DNA from: Pirellulales bacterium
GTDB taxonomy: Bacteria > Planctomycetota > Planctomycetia > Pirellulales > JAICIG01
Direction: 5' to 3'
Length of the DNA stretch: 64,000 bases
Assembly: GCA_040901675.1 (NCBI GenBank)
Contig: JBBDYJ010000010.1
Coordinates: forward strand, 76,211 to 140,210
A program made the translations under genes and the position numbers. A model generated the notes under the pieces. It was given only the letters and a program-made list of their open reading frames with translations, was not told where the DNA came from and did no database searches. Shown one piece after another: positions 1 to 9,472 of the stretch (position 1 is its first letter; the number at the start of each line of letters is the position of its first letter).

Positions 1-1
1 C

Positions 2-1102
2 GCGGCGGCCATCGTCTACGGCTACCAGGAGGGCTTTCTCGACAGCGCGGGCCAGGTGCAGGGCGAAGGGCCGATGCGGGTGCTGGTCTACGATCTGGGC
101 GGGGGGACGTTCGACGTAACCGTGGTGGAGATGAGCGGGCAATCGTTCAAGGCCATTGCCACCGACGGCGACGTGCGGCTGGGCGGCAAGGACTGGGATG
201 AGAAACTGGTCGATGTGGCCGCCGAGCGGTTCAAGCAGCAGCACCAAGTCGACCCCCGCACGGACCCCGAAAGCGCCCAGGATTTATGGAGCGCTGCCGA
301 GCTGGCGAAGAAGACCCTCTCCGAGCGGGCCAAGGCCACGATGGTGGTGAATCACCAGGGCACGCGGCTCAAAGTGGAGGTGACCCGCGACCAGTTCGAA
401 GAGCTGACGGCCGCCTTGCTGATGAGGACCAGGACCACCACGGAAATCGTGGTGATGCAGGCCGGCTTCTCCTGGGACCAGATCGACAAGGTGCTGCTGG
501 TGGGCGGCTCGACGCGGATGCCGATGGTGATCCGCATGCTGACCGAGCTGTCGGGCAAGCGGTTGGACCGATCGGTTTCGGCCGATGAGGCGGTCGCGCA
601 CGGGGCGGCTCTGTACGCCGACCTGATGCTGCAACGGCAAGGCAGCGGCGGCGGTCACACGCAGTTCTCGGTCACCAACGTCAACTCGCACAGCCTGGGG
701 GTGGTGGGCGTCGACCCCGTGACGGGCCGCCGTGTGAACCGGATCATCATTGCCAAGAACACGCCGCTGCCGCACTCCGCCGCCGGCCGGTTCAAGACCT
801 TCCGGGCCAATCAGCCTAACGTGCGGATCTGCGTGCTGGAGGGAGAGAGCGAGGTCCCGGAGGCGTGCACCGAGGTGGGCGTTTGTGTGATCCGCGACCT
901 GCCTCCCAACCTGCCGGCGGGATGGCCGGTGGAGGTGCGCTACACGTATCGCGACAATGGCCGACTCCAGGTGGCCGCCAAGCTGGTCGGGCACGAAGCC
1001 ACCGTCAGTACGGAGTTCGTGCGGGACAACAAGCTTTCGGACGACGACCTGATGTTGTGGGCGGAGTGTCTGGCCGTCGAGGCCCAGCGCGGCGACTGGT
1101 AG
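2..1102 (+). CDS. Hsp70/DnaK-family protein (5'-partial, begins before the window)
   Basis: Motifs AAAIVYG, VYDLGGGTFDVT, LGGKDWD, VLLVGGSTRMP and DEAVAHGAA. The frame is open back to the window edge. Ends soon after the substrate-binding beta domain, so it is probably a DnaK paralogue. Confidence 0.9.
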   Translation, partial: AAAIVYGYQEGFLDSAGQVQGEGPMRVLVYDLGGGTFDVTVVEMSGQSFKAIATDGDVRLGGKDWDEKLVDVAAERFKQQHQVDPRTDPESAQDLWSAAELAKKTLSERAKATMVVNHQGTRLKVEVTRDQFEELTAALLMRTRTTTEIVVMQAGFSWDQIDKVLLVGGSTRMPMVIRMLTELSGKRLDRSVSADEAVAHGAALYADLMLQRQGSGGGHTQFSVTNVNSHSLGVVGVDPVTGRRVNRIIIAKNTPLPHSAAGRFKTFRANQPNVRICVLEGESEVPEACTEVGVCVIRDLPPNLPAGWPVEVRYTYRDNGRLQVAAKLVGHEATVSTEFVRDNKLSDDDLMLWAECLAVEAQRGDW

Positions 1103-1116
1103 CCGGCGAAAAGACC

Positions 1117-1872
1117 ATGGCCAAGAAGCAGGGCGATCTGCGGGTGCTCAAGGGGGAGGCCATCTATGGGCCGATGTCCAAGAGCGATCTCGATCAACTG
1201 CTGGCCGAGGGCCGGATCGGCCGCGACGACCAGGTCTCGGTGCGGGAAGGGCCCTGGCTGTTGGTTTCCGATTACCTGGCCAACCCGTCCGCCTGGGAGG
1301 ACACGCCGCTGCCGGCGTCGTCACCCGCGGCGGGCCGGGAAGGCGGCGGCCGGGAAGGGCCCTTGCGGGTTCTGAAGGGCGACCGCATCTTTGGTTCGCT
1401 CGATCGCCAGCAGATCGCCGAGCTGATCGATGCCGGCCGCTTCACGGGCGACGACCTGGTGTGCGCCTTGCACGGACCGTGGATGAAACTGGCCGACTTT
1501 TTCGCGCCGCCGCCGCGGGTCGCCCCGCCGGTGGCTCTGGACGACGACGTCAGCCCTTATGACCCGTTCACGCCCACCATTTTCGAAGTCGCCGAGCTGG
1601 TCGATCCGGGCATCGCCGTGTTCGCCTCCGAATCGGGTCTGCGCCCCCGAAGCGTAGTACACACTCCGCAACTGTCGGACGAGTGGTACGTGAAAGTCCG
1701 CGGCATCCATTCGGCCCCCCTGCAAAAGCACCACCTGCGGTCGCTGCTGGCGGCCAACGAGATTACGCCGGATTGCCCGGTCAGGCATCCGAGCTGGCGC
1801 AGCGAAAACTGGTGGCCGATCCGTTCGGTCCCCGAGCTGGCCGACCTGGTCGGCCGTTCACCTGGGCTGTAG
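1117..1872 (+). CDS. Protein with three GYF_2/DUF4339-like modules
   Basis: ATG at 1117, 14 nt after the Hsp70 stop. Three modules of the form (YGP/FGS/SAP)-x-LxxL-xxxG/N-x(I/F)-xxxxxV-x-W, separated by Pro/Gly-rich linkers. Confidence 0.65.
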   Translation: MAKKQGDLRVLKGEAIYGPMSKSDLDQLLAEGRIGRDDQVSVREGPWLLVSDYLANPSAWEDTPLPASSPAAGREGGGREGPLRVLKGDRIFGSLDRQQIAELIDAGRFTGDDLVCALHGPWMKLADFFAPPPRVAPPVALDDDVSPYDPFTPTIFEVAELVDPGIAVFASESGLRPRSVVHTPQLSDEWYVKVRGIHSAPLQKHHLRSLLAANEITPDCPVRHPSWRSENWWPIRSVPELADLVGRSPGL

Positions 1873-2020
1873 GGCAGCTTCGCCGCGCGTGCCGCCTTGG
1901 GGAACCATTCGGCTTTTCGAGGGCATTCAAGCGAGAGGATGGCTTGCGGCAGCCGATAAATATCACTATAACAATCAACTTCGTAATCATGCTCTGAGCC
2001 GGACGACGGGATCGACTGCC

Positions 2021-3880
2021 ATGGAAGCCATGTGGCCAGCTTGGTTTACCTTGGGCGTGGTAGCGCTGGTTCTCGCCTTGCTGATTCGCTCGCGGATTGC
2101 CCCGGACGTCGTGTTGATCGGGGGCGTGGCGCTGTTGCTTGTGGCAGGGATCCTGGAACCCCGCGAGGCGCTCTCCGGACTCGCCAACGAGGCGATGGCC
2201 ACCGTGGGCGTGCTGTTTATCGTCGGCGCCGGGGTGCGGCAGACCGGGGGCGTCGATCTGGTCGTCCATCGTTTGCTCGGCCGCCCGGCGTCGGCCACCG
2301 GCGCTATTTCCCGGCTGATGTTGCCCACCGCCGGCATGAGCGCATTCATGAACAACACGCCGCTGGTGGCCATGCTCATCCCGGCGGTCAACGATTGGGC
2401 CAAGCTGTGCCGCGTTCCGGTCTCGAAGCTCATGATCCCGCTCAGCTATGCCGCGATCCTGGGAGGGACCTGCACGCTGGTGGGCACCAGCACGAACCTG
2501 GTCGTGCACGGACAGGTCAAGGCGGCAGCCAAGGCCGGCCTGGAATCCGGCATTGCCGCCGGGCTCACGCCCGAGGAGGCGCTTGCCCAGTTCGAACGCG
2601 ATACGGGGTTGCCGGCCGAGGGCCTGTGGATGTTCGACATCACCTGGGTAGGGCTTCCCAGCGCGCTGGCCGGATGCGCGTTCATCGTGCTGGCGGCGAA
2701 CTGGCTGTTGCCGAATCGCCAGCCGGCGATGGGCAGCCTGAGCGATCCTCGCTCGTATACCGTCGAGATGCTGGTGGCGCCGGACAGTCCGCTGGCGGGC
2801 AAGACGATTGAAGAGGCGGGCTTGAGGCACCTGCCCGGCGTCTTCCTGGCCGAAATCGACCGGGAGGGGATCGTGCTGCCGGCCGTGTCGCCGGGCGAGC
2901 GGCTGCGCGCCAACGACCGCCTGGTGTTCGTGGGCGTGGTGGAGTCGGTGGTCGACCTGCAGAAGATCCGGGGCCTGCTGCCCGCCACCGACCAGGTGTT
3001 CAAGCTCACCGCCCCCCGCGCCACGCGATGCCTGATCGAGGCGGTGGTGTCGAATAGTTGCCCCCTGGTGGGAAAAACGATTCGCGACGGCCGCTTCCGC
3101 TCCGTATACAACGCCGTGATCATTGCCGTGGCCCGCAACGGCGAGCGGATCCAAAAAAAAATCGGCGACATCGTGCTGCGGGCCGGCGATACGCTGCTGT
3201 TGGAAGCGCATCCTTCCTTCGCCGACCACCAGCGCAACAGCCGCGACTTCTTTCTGGTCAGCCGCCTGGAGGATTCCAATCCACCCCGACACGATCGGGC
3301 CATCCTGGCCATGCTCATCCTGGCGGCCATGGTGGCCGTGGTGAGCCTGACCGACATCGGCATGCTCACGGCCGCGATGGTGGCGGCCGGCCTGATGATC
3401 ATGACCCGCTGCTCGAGCGTGAGCGTCGCCCGCCGCAGCGTCGATTGGGAAGTGCTGCTGGCGATTGCCGCCTCGGTGGCCATCGGGACCGCGCTCGAAA
3501 AAACCGGCGCCGCCGAGCAGATCGCCCGCACGATCATCGGCCTGGCGGTCGGCAGCCCCTGGGCCTCGCTGGCCGCCATCTACCTGGTGACGCTGGTTGC
3601 CACGGAGTTGATCACCAATACGGCCGCCGCCGCGCTGATGTTTCCGATGGCGGTCGCGGCCGCCCAGCGGCTCGACGTCAACGTGATGCCCTTCGTGATC
3701 GCCGTGATGATGGCTGCCTCGGCCGGTTTCGCCACGCCGATCGGCTACCAGACCAACCTGATGGTCTACGGCCCCGGCGGCTACCGCTTCGGCGATTACA
3801 TCCGAATCGGAATCCCGCTGGATCTGCTCGTCGCAGCCATTACTCTGGTGCTCGCACCGTTGATTTGGCCTTTTCGCTAG
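2021..3880 (+). CDS. SLC13/CitMHS-type permease with two TrkA-C (RCK-C) domains
   Basis: SAFMNNTP, LGGTCTLVGTSTNL and TPIGYQTNLMVYGPGGY motifs. Two central TrkA-C repeats (SPLAGKTI, CPLVGKTI). Confidence 0.9.
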   Translation: MEAMWPAWFTLGVVALVLALLIRSRIAPDVVLIGGVALLLVAGILEPREALSGLANEAMATVGVLFIVGAGVRQTGGVDLVVHRLLGRPASATGAISRLMLPTAGMSAFMNNTPLVAMLIPAVNDWAKLCRVPVSKLMIPLSYAAILGGTCTLVGTSTNLVVHGQVKAAAKAGLESGIAAGLTPEEALAQFERDTGLPAEGLWMFDITWVGLPSALAGCAFIVLAANWLLPNRQPAMGSLSDPRSYTVEMLVAPDSPLAGKTIEEAGLRHLPGVFLAEIDREGIVLPAVSPGERLRANDRLVFVGVVESVVDLQKIRGLLPATDQVFKLTAPRATRCLIEAVVSNSCPLVGKTIRDGRFRSVYNAVIIAVARNGERIQKKIGDIVLRAGDTLLLEAHPSFADHQRNSRDFFLVSRLEDSNPPRHDRAILAMLILAAMVAVVSLTDIGMLTAAMVAAGLMIMTRCSSVSVARRSVDWEVLLAIAASVAIGTALEKTGAAEQIARTIIGLAVGSPWASLAAIYLVTLVATELITNTAAAALMFPMAVAAAQRLDVNVMPFVIAVMMAASAGFATPIGYQTNLMVYGPGGYRFGDYIRIGIPLDLLVAAITLVLAPLIWPFR

Positions 3881-4073
3881 CGGTGCCGCGCAACCGGCGC
3901 CGATACGCGGCCCTGACTTGACTGGCCGCAGGCCCTGTGTTCAGATTCTTCGCAACCCCCGTGTCACTGTTTGCAACCCCTGTGCCACTGCTTGAAGTCC
4001 GCTCTTGGTCGCGCCAAAGGCGGACGGAGCAGTGCCGTAGGGGCACCACGTTCCTCCCGGAAACGCCTTGCTG

Positions 4074-5795
4074 ATGAGCATCCCCAGCCAACCCTGGTAC
4101 CGCGATCTGACTCGCTATCACTGGTTCGTGTTCGTCGTGGCCGCCCTGGGTTGGCTGTTCGACACGATGGACCAGCAACTGTTCAACCTGGCGCGCCGGC
4201 CGGCGATGACCGAGTTGATCGGCGGGGGGCCGAACCATCCCGACATCGACCGCTACGGCGGCTACGCGACCTCGATCTTCCTGGTGGGATGGGCCACGGG
4301 AGGCATCGGGTTCGGCGTCCTGGGCGACCGCATCGGCCGTGCCAAAACCATGATCTTGACCATCCTGGTTTACTCGATGTTCACCGGGCTCAGTGCTTTT
4401 TCCACAACGGTCTGGGATTTTTCCATCTACCGCTTCCTGACCGGCCTGGGCGTGGGGGGCGAGTTTGCCGTGGGCATCTCGCTGGTGGCCGAAGTGGTGT
4501 CCGAGCGCGCGAGGCCCTTCGCGCTGGGACTATTGCAGGCGCTTTCGGCGGTGGGCAACGTCACCGCGGCGGTGATCAGCCTCTCGCTGGGCCACCTCGA
4601 AGAAATCGGAGCCCTCGACGCCCTGAGTCTGCCGGGAATCGGCCGCGTCAGCGCCTGGCGGGTGATGTTCCTGGTGGGCACGCTGCCCGCTTTGCTGGCC
4701 GTGTTCATCCGGCGGCGGCTCAAAGAGCCCGAGCGCTGGCAAGCCACGGCCGCCCAGAGCGGCGCGGAGAAAAAACTCGGCTCCTACGCCGAGTTGTTCG
4801 GCAACCCCCGCTGGCGCCGCAACGCGATCGTCGGTCTGCTGCTCGCCTTTTCAGGCGTGGTGGGACTGTGGGGCATCGGCTTTTTCAGCATCGACTTGAA
4901 CCGCTCGGTGTTCCGCAAGACGTTCGAGAACGAGGCCCGCGAGCAGGGCCAGGCGGAGCTGGACCGCCAGTTCGTCCGCCTGGCCATCGCCTCGCCGGAC
5001 GAGCTGCCGGCTCTACGGTCGAAAGTCGAACCCAACCAACTGTTGAGCCCACTGCCCGTCCCCGTGCCTGGCAGCCGCGACGCGGAACGGCTCTTGAATG
5101 CGGCCCTGCAACTGGCCGACGAGGGGCGCTCTGTCAGCCCCGCCGCGGTGCTGGACCGGCTGGACGAAGGAAACCCCCAGGCCGGGCTTGAACCGCAAAC
5201 CGCCGCCGATCGCCGCCGCCGTGCCGAGTACCTGGCCGGCGACGCCGAGGCAAATGAATCGCTGCAAGCGCACGCGGACCGCATCGACACGCGGACCAAG
5301 AGGATCAACGGCCGGCTCACCTTCTGGGCGGCCATCACTTCGATCATGCTGAACATCGGCGCTTTCTTTGGCATCTACTCCTTCAGCCGTGTCACGCACC
5401 ACCTGGGCCGCAAGCCGACGTTCGCCATCTGTTTTGTGCTGGCCACGCTGAGCACGGGGCTGGTGTTCTGGTATCTGCGGGACGTGGTCGACGTGTTCTG
5501 GATGGTTCCCTTGATGGGATTCTGCCAGTTGTCGTTGTTTGGCGGCTACGCGATCTATTTCCCCGAGTTGTTCCCCACGCATTTGCGCAGCACCGGCATT
5601 TCGTTTTGCTACAACGTGGGGCGTTTGGTCGCGGCGGTCGGCCCATCCGCCTTAGGACTCCTGACCAGCGAGGTCTTTGCCGACAAGGACGAACCGATGC
5701 GTTACGCCGGGGTGGCGATGTGCAGCGTATTCCTGCTCGGCCTGCTGGCCCTCCCCTTTGCGCCCGAGACCAAGGGCCGTCCGCTGCCCGAGTAA
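4074..5795 (+). CDS. MFS transporter with a large hydrophilic insertion
   Basis: Motif A (GVLGDRIGRAK), GLGVGGE, PELFPTHLRSTG and APETKG, plus an ~140-aa hydrophilic segment in the C-terminal half. Confidence 0.9.
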   Translation: MSIPSQPWYRDLTRYHWFVFVVAALGWLFDTMDQQLFNLARRPAMTELIGGGPNHPDIDRYGGYATSIFLVGWATGGIGFGVLGDRIGRAKTMILTILVYSMFTGLSAFSTTVWDFSIYRFLTGLGVGGEFAVGISLVAEVVSERARPFALGLLQALSAVGNVTAAVISLSLGHLEEIGALDALSLPGIGRVSAWRVMFLVGTLPALLAVFIRRRLKEPERWQATAAQSGAEKKLGSYAELFGNPRWRRNAIVGLLLAFSGVVGLWGIGFFSIDLNRSVFRKTFENEAREQGQAELDRQFVRLAIASPDELPALRSKVEPNQLLSPLPVPVPGSRDAERLLNAALQLADEGRSVSPAAVLDRLDEGNPQAGLEPQTAADRRRRAEYLAGDAEANESLQAHADRIDTRTKRINGRLTFWAAITSIMLNIGAFFGIYSFSRVTHHLGRKPTFAICFVLATLSTGLVFWYLRDVVDVFWMVPLMGFCQLSLFGGYAIYFPELFPTHLRSTGISFCYNVGRLVAAVGPSALGLLTSEVFADKDEPMRYAGVAMCSVFLLGLLALPFAPETKGRPLPE

Positions 5796-5830
5796 GCCGG
5801 CCAGTGGGACGAGAGCCCCGAACTCCGGCG

Positions 5831-5895
5831 GTCGCAGGACTCGCCAGAGTTCTGGTTGCGTGGAAACCGGCCGGATTCTGGGCATCCTCCGACTT
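5831..5895. repeat. Degenerate REP-like doublet (same family as 15474-15633)
   Basis: gcaggactcgccagagttctgg...cggccggattctgg matches the copies at 15474 and 15568. Confidence 0.6.
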
Positions 5896-6039
5896 CGGAC
5901 CCCGCTAGCTAGCCCGGCTGGGGGAAAAGGTTTCCGCCTTCCGCGGACGGCTTGGGGCCGCTAGAATGCCCCGCTTTTCCGCTTTGCGCCGAGCGGCCAG
6001 GGCGAGCTTGGGGATGGATCCCGGCTCCCAGCTTCGGCG

Positions 6040-8901
6040 GTGGCATGGACGCTACATCTTGGCAGGACGCCGATGCCCGCACCGCCCAGCCATGCGCCAT
6101 CGCTATTGGCAGGCCCGCTGAATCTGGCCACTAGGGTGGTGCTGCGCTATCCGGCGGCCACGCTCAGCCTGGCCGTGGCGCTGACCGTGCTGTCGCTGGT
6201 CGTCACTTGCACCCGGCTGACGTACCGCACCAGCCGGCTCGACTTGCTCAATCCGCACAGCGACTACAACCGCCTGTGGATCGACTACATCAACGAGTTC
6301 GGCGACCAGGACGACGCCGTGGTGGTCGTCGAAGGCGCCAACCGCGAGCAGGTCGTGCCCGTGCTGGAGGAGATCTCCGGCCTGCTGGCTCGCGAAGACC
6401 AGTTGTTCCACGCGGTGCTGCACGGCGTGGATCTGGGGGCCATCCGGTCCAAGGGGCTGCACTACCTTTCGACCGAAGAGCTGCTGGGAATCGAGCGGTT
6501 CCTCAGCGAGGTGAGCCCAATCGTCGAGGGCAACTGGTCGCGGCTCAACTTGGGCCGCATGGCGCAGGCCATGTGCCAGCGGTTGGAAAAGGCAAACACC
6601 GGGGGCGGCGGCGAGGCCCTGGAGCAGGCCCGCAGTCAGGCACAGCGGTTGAGCCACAGCTTGTTCGGCGCGCTGGCCCAGGGCCGCAGGTACCACTCCC
6701 CCTGGCCGGAGATGCCGCAGTCGTTCGCCACCCTCAGCGAGCTGAACGCCGAGTACCTGTTGACCAAGGACGGCACGCTGGGCTTCGTGCTCTTGAGGCT
6801 GGCGGCGGGCGACGAGGGCTTCGCCCGCAATAGCCAGGCCACCGATGCGCTGCGCGAGCTGGTCGCTCAAGCGAATGCCCGGCACCCGGAGACCCGCGTC
6901 GGCCTGACCGGCCTGCCGATCATGGAAAACGACGAGATGCGGTCCAGCCAGACGTCGATGTACTGGGCCAGCCTGCTGTCGCTCTCCGCCGTGGCCTGCC
7001 TGTTCGTGGCCGGCTTCGGGGGAGTGCGGCATGCCCTGTTGGCAAACCTGGTGCTGTTGATGGGCATCGCCTGGTCGTTCGGATATCTGACCTTGGCGGT
7101 CGGCCACCTGAACATCCTCAGCATGTCGTTCACGGTCACGCTGATCGGCATCGGCATCGATTACGGCGTGTACTACGTGGCCCGCTATCTGCAGGTCCGC
7201 GCCCAGGCGGCCTCGACCAAAGAAGCGCTGCTGGCCACTACGGCAGGCATCGGCCCAGCCATCCTTACCGGGGCCATCACCACGGCCATCGCTTTTTTCG
7301 CCGCCGGCTTCACCGACTTCACCGGCATCGCCGAGCTGGGCATCATTGCCGGCGGCGGCATCCTGTTGTGCGCGCTAGCCGAGCTGATGGTGTTGCCGGC
7401 CGTGATCATGCTGGTCGACCAGGGCGGGCTGGCACAGCGGATACCCGAGCCGCTGGCCGTACACGCCTGGATCGCTCCCCTCTTCCAGAAGCCCCGCCTG
7501 TTGTTGGCTTCGACCATGCTGTTCACCGTCGTGGTTTCGCTGGGGACCGGCAGCTTGTGGTACGACCACAATCTCTTGAACTTGCAGGCGGTGGGCCTGG
7601 AAAGCGTCGAGCTGGAGCGCAAGCTGCTCGCTGAAGCCAATCAGAGCGTCTGGTATGCCCTGTCGATCGCCGACAGCCGCGAGGAGCTGCTGGCCCGCAA
7701 GGCGGCCCTGCTCCAGCTCGAGTCGGTCGAGCGCACGGAGGAAATCGTCTCGCTGCTGCCCGTCGACCATGCCGTCAAGCGGCCGATCATCGAACGCATC
7801 GGCCGGCGGCTGGCCGACTTGCCCGAGCGCCCTCCCTTGATCCCCGTCGACCGGCCCGATCACCTGGGCCGCGTCCTGGGGCAGGCGCAGGAGCTGTTGA
7901 CCGGCGAGGCGGCCAGCAACCGCGCCGAGCGCGAGCTGGAGCAGACACGCGATGCGCTGCGGAGGCTGAGCCTGGCCGACTGCTACACGCTGATCTCGCA
8001 GTTCCAGCAGCAGATGGCCGGCGACCTGTTGAGCCGCCTGTACGCGCTGCGGAGCATGGCCAATCCCGAGCCGCCCCAACTGACCGACCTGCCGGGCAGC
8101 CTGGTCGACCGCTTCGTGGGCCACAACGGCCGGCACCTGCTGAAGATCTACGGCCGCGGCAACATCTGGGACATGGAGGCCCTTTCGAAATTCGTCCACG
8201 AGGTCCGCAGCGTCGACCCCCGCGCCACCGGCAATCCACTGCAAGCGTATGAAGCCTCGCTGGACATGAAGTCGAGCTTCGAGGAGGCCGCCGGATACGC
8301 CCTGCTCGTGATCGTGGTCGTCCTGCTCATCGACCTGCGGAGTCTGCGCTACGCATTGCTGGCCGCGCTGCCCCTGGCGTTGGGCGTGCTGCAACTGTTC
8401 GGGCTGTTGGGCATCCTCGACATTCCGCTCAACCCGGCCAACATGATCGCCTTGCCATTGATCCTGGGGATTGGCATTGACTACGGAGTCCACATCATCC
8501 ACGAGTACCGCGACCAGCAGGGCCGATACCGTATGTCGCCCGCGACGGCGGTTGCCGTGCTGGTCGACGCCCTGACCACGATCGTGGGTTTTGGTTCGCT
8601 GATGATCGCCAGCCACCAGGGGCTTGAGAGCCTGGGCCGCGTGCTGACTATCGGGGTGACGTGTTGCCTGTTCACGTCGCTGATCATGCTGCCCGCGCTA
8701 TTGACCTGGATGTCGTGGCATCGGCGCGGCGAGCCGGCCGAGGCCGCGCCGGGGCATGCCGCGCCCCGGCACCGCGCGGGGCGGCGGTTCGACCGGGCCG
8801 GCCACCCCGGCCATGGGCCGCACCGCTCGCCTGCGGGCGCCCGCCCGCCCGTCCACGCCCCGGCCGATGGGGGCGCGCGCGAAGGCCACCTTGGCGAGTA
8901 G
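6040..8901 (+). CDS. MMPL/RND-family transporter (HpnN-like)
   Basis: Two membrane repeats with IGIGIDYG and ILGIGIDYG, GLTG/ATGNP motifs and large periplasmic loops. Exact start uncertain (6040 or 6073). Confidence 0.85.
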   Translation: MAWTLHLGRTPMPAPPSHAPSLLAGPLNLATRVVLRYPAATLSLAVALTVLSLVVTCTRLTYRTSRLDLLNPHSDYNRLWIDYINEFGDQDDAVVVVEGANREQVVPVLEEISGLLAREDQLFHAVLHGVDLGAIRSKGLHYLSTEELLGIERFLSEVSPIVEGNWSRLNLGRMAQAMCQRLEKANTGGGGEALEQARSQAQRLSHSLFGALAQGRRYHSPWPEMPQSFATLSELNAEYLLTKDGTLGFVLLRLAAGDEGFARNSQATDALRELVAQANARHPETRVGLTGLPIMENDEMRSSQTSMYWASLLSLSAVACLFVAGFGGVRHALLANLVLLMGIAWSFGYLTLAVGHLNILSMSFTVTLIGIGIDYGVYYVARYLQVRAQAASTKEALLATTAGIGPAILTGAITTAIAFFAAGFTDFTGIAELGIIAGGGILLCALAELMVLPAVIMLVDQGGLAQRIPEPLAVHAWIAPLFQKPRLLLASTMLFTVVVSLGTGSLWYDHNLLNLQAVGLESVELERKLLAEANQSVWYALSIADSREELLARKAALLQLESVERTEEIVSLLPVDHAVKRPIIERIGRRLADLPERPPLIPVDRPDHLGRVLGQAQELLTGEAASNRAERELEQTRDALRRLSLADCYTLISQFQQQMAGDLLSRLYALRSMANPEPPQLTDLPGSLVDRFVGHNGRHLLKIYGRGNIWDMEALSKFVHEVRSVDPRATGNPLQAYEASLDMKSSFEEAAGYALLVIVVVLLIDLRSLRYALLAALPLALGVLQLFGLLGILDIPLNPANMIALPLILGIGIDYGVHIIHEYRDQQGRYRMSPATAVAVLVDALTTIVGFGSLMIASHQGLESLGRVLTIGVTCCLFTSLIMLPALLTWMSWHRRGEPAEAAPGHAAPRHRAGRRFDRAGHPGHGPHRSPAGARPPVHAPADGGAREGHLGE

Positions 8902-8937
8902 GCCGGCGCCTTGATGAGGGCATCGGAAGCTCTTTGT

Positions 8938-9082
8938 CTGGACTTGGGTCTTGGTACTTGGGTCTTGGGCCTTTGGTCTTTGGTCTTGGTCGAGCTTCGC
9001 GACGAAGGTGAACCACGAAGGACACGACCTTTCGACAAGCTCAAGGCAGGGACGGACGAAGATGGCCACGAAAAGGCACAAA
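8938..9082. repeat. Mosaic of short intergenic repeats (ttggg(t/a)c heptamer run, ttcgacaagctcaaggcagg, ccacgaa..cac motifs)
   Basis: Heptamer periodicity is visible at 8944-8990. ccacgaaggacacga and ccacgaaaaggcacaaa are imperfect direct copies. Confidence 0.6.
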
Positions 9083-9370
9083 CAGAGAACGAGGAGACTG
9101 GATCGGCGGGATGGACGGGAAGGTGAAGGGGTGTTGACGCAACCCGCCGCTAGACTGCATGAACGATGAGGGGCAACCGTCGAGCGCCTTTCCTCGTACG
9201 ACGCGGCACTGGCCCTCTGCCATCACGCCAGTGTCGGCATTCCGCGGCTCGATCCGCATTCCGCAGGCCGATAGATGGCCCCCATTGGCCCGCGAAACTG
9301 GCTCCCTATCAAGCCGGGATCGACATGGACGTCCTGTTCGACGCATCGGTCGATGTGACCGATGCGCGCT

Positions 9371-9472
9371 ACCTGACGATAAAGGTCAGCGACGGGAGCC
9401 AGCCGCCGATGACGTTCGATTCGTCTCCGAACCAATCGGCTGGCTCCCGTTCGCTGGACCGCTTGGTTCGGC
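9371..9472 (-). mobile_element. attC-like integron cassette recombination site
   Basis: Minus strand reads R'' GCCGAAC, 5-nt spacer, L'' GGTCCAGC ... L' GCTGACC, 6-nt spacer, R' GTCAGGT. The 22-bp stem carries an extra G and T on the bottom-strand R''/L'' arm, as in canonical attC. The R' core is GTC instead of GTT. Confidence 0.8.

Noticed and set aside
9159..9370. Possible gene fragment or second cassette beyond attC (HWPAKLAPY...)
   Set aside because: Too short, no clear family match, no second attC, and no continuation on the far side of the cassette.
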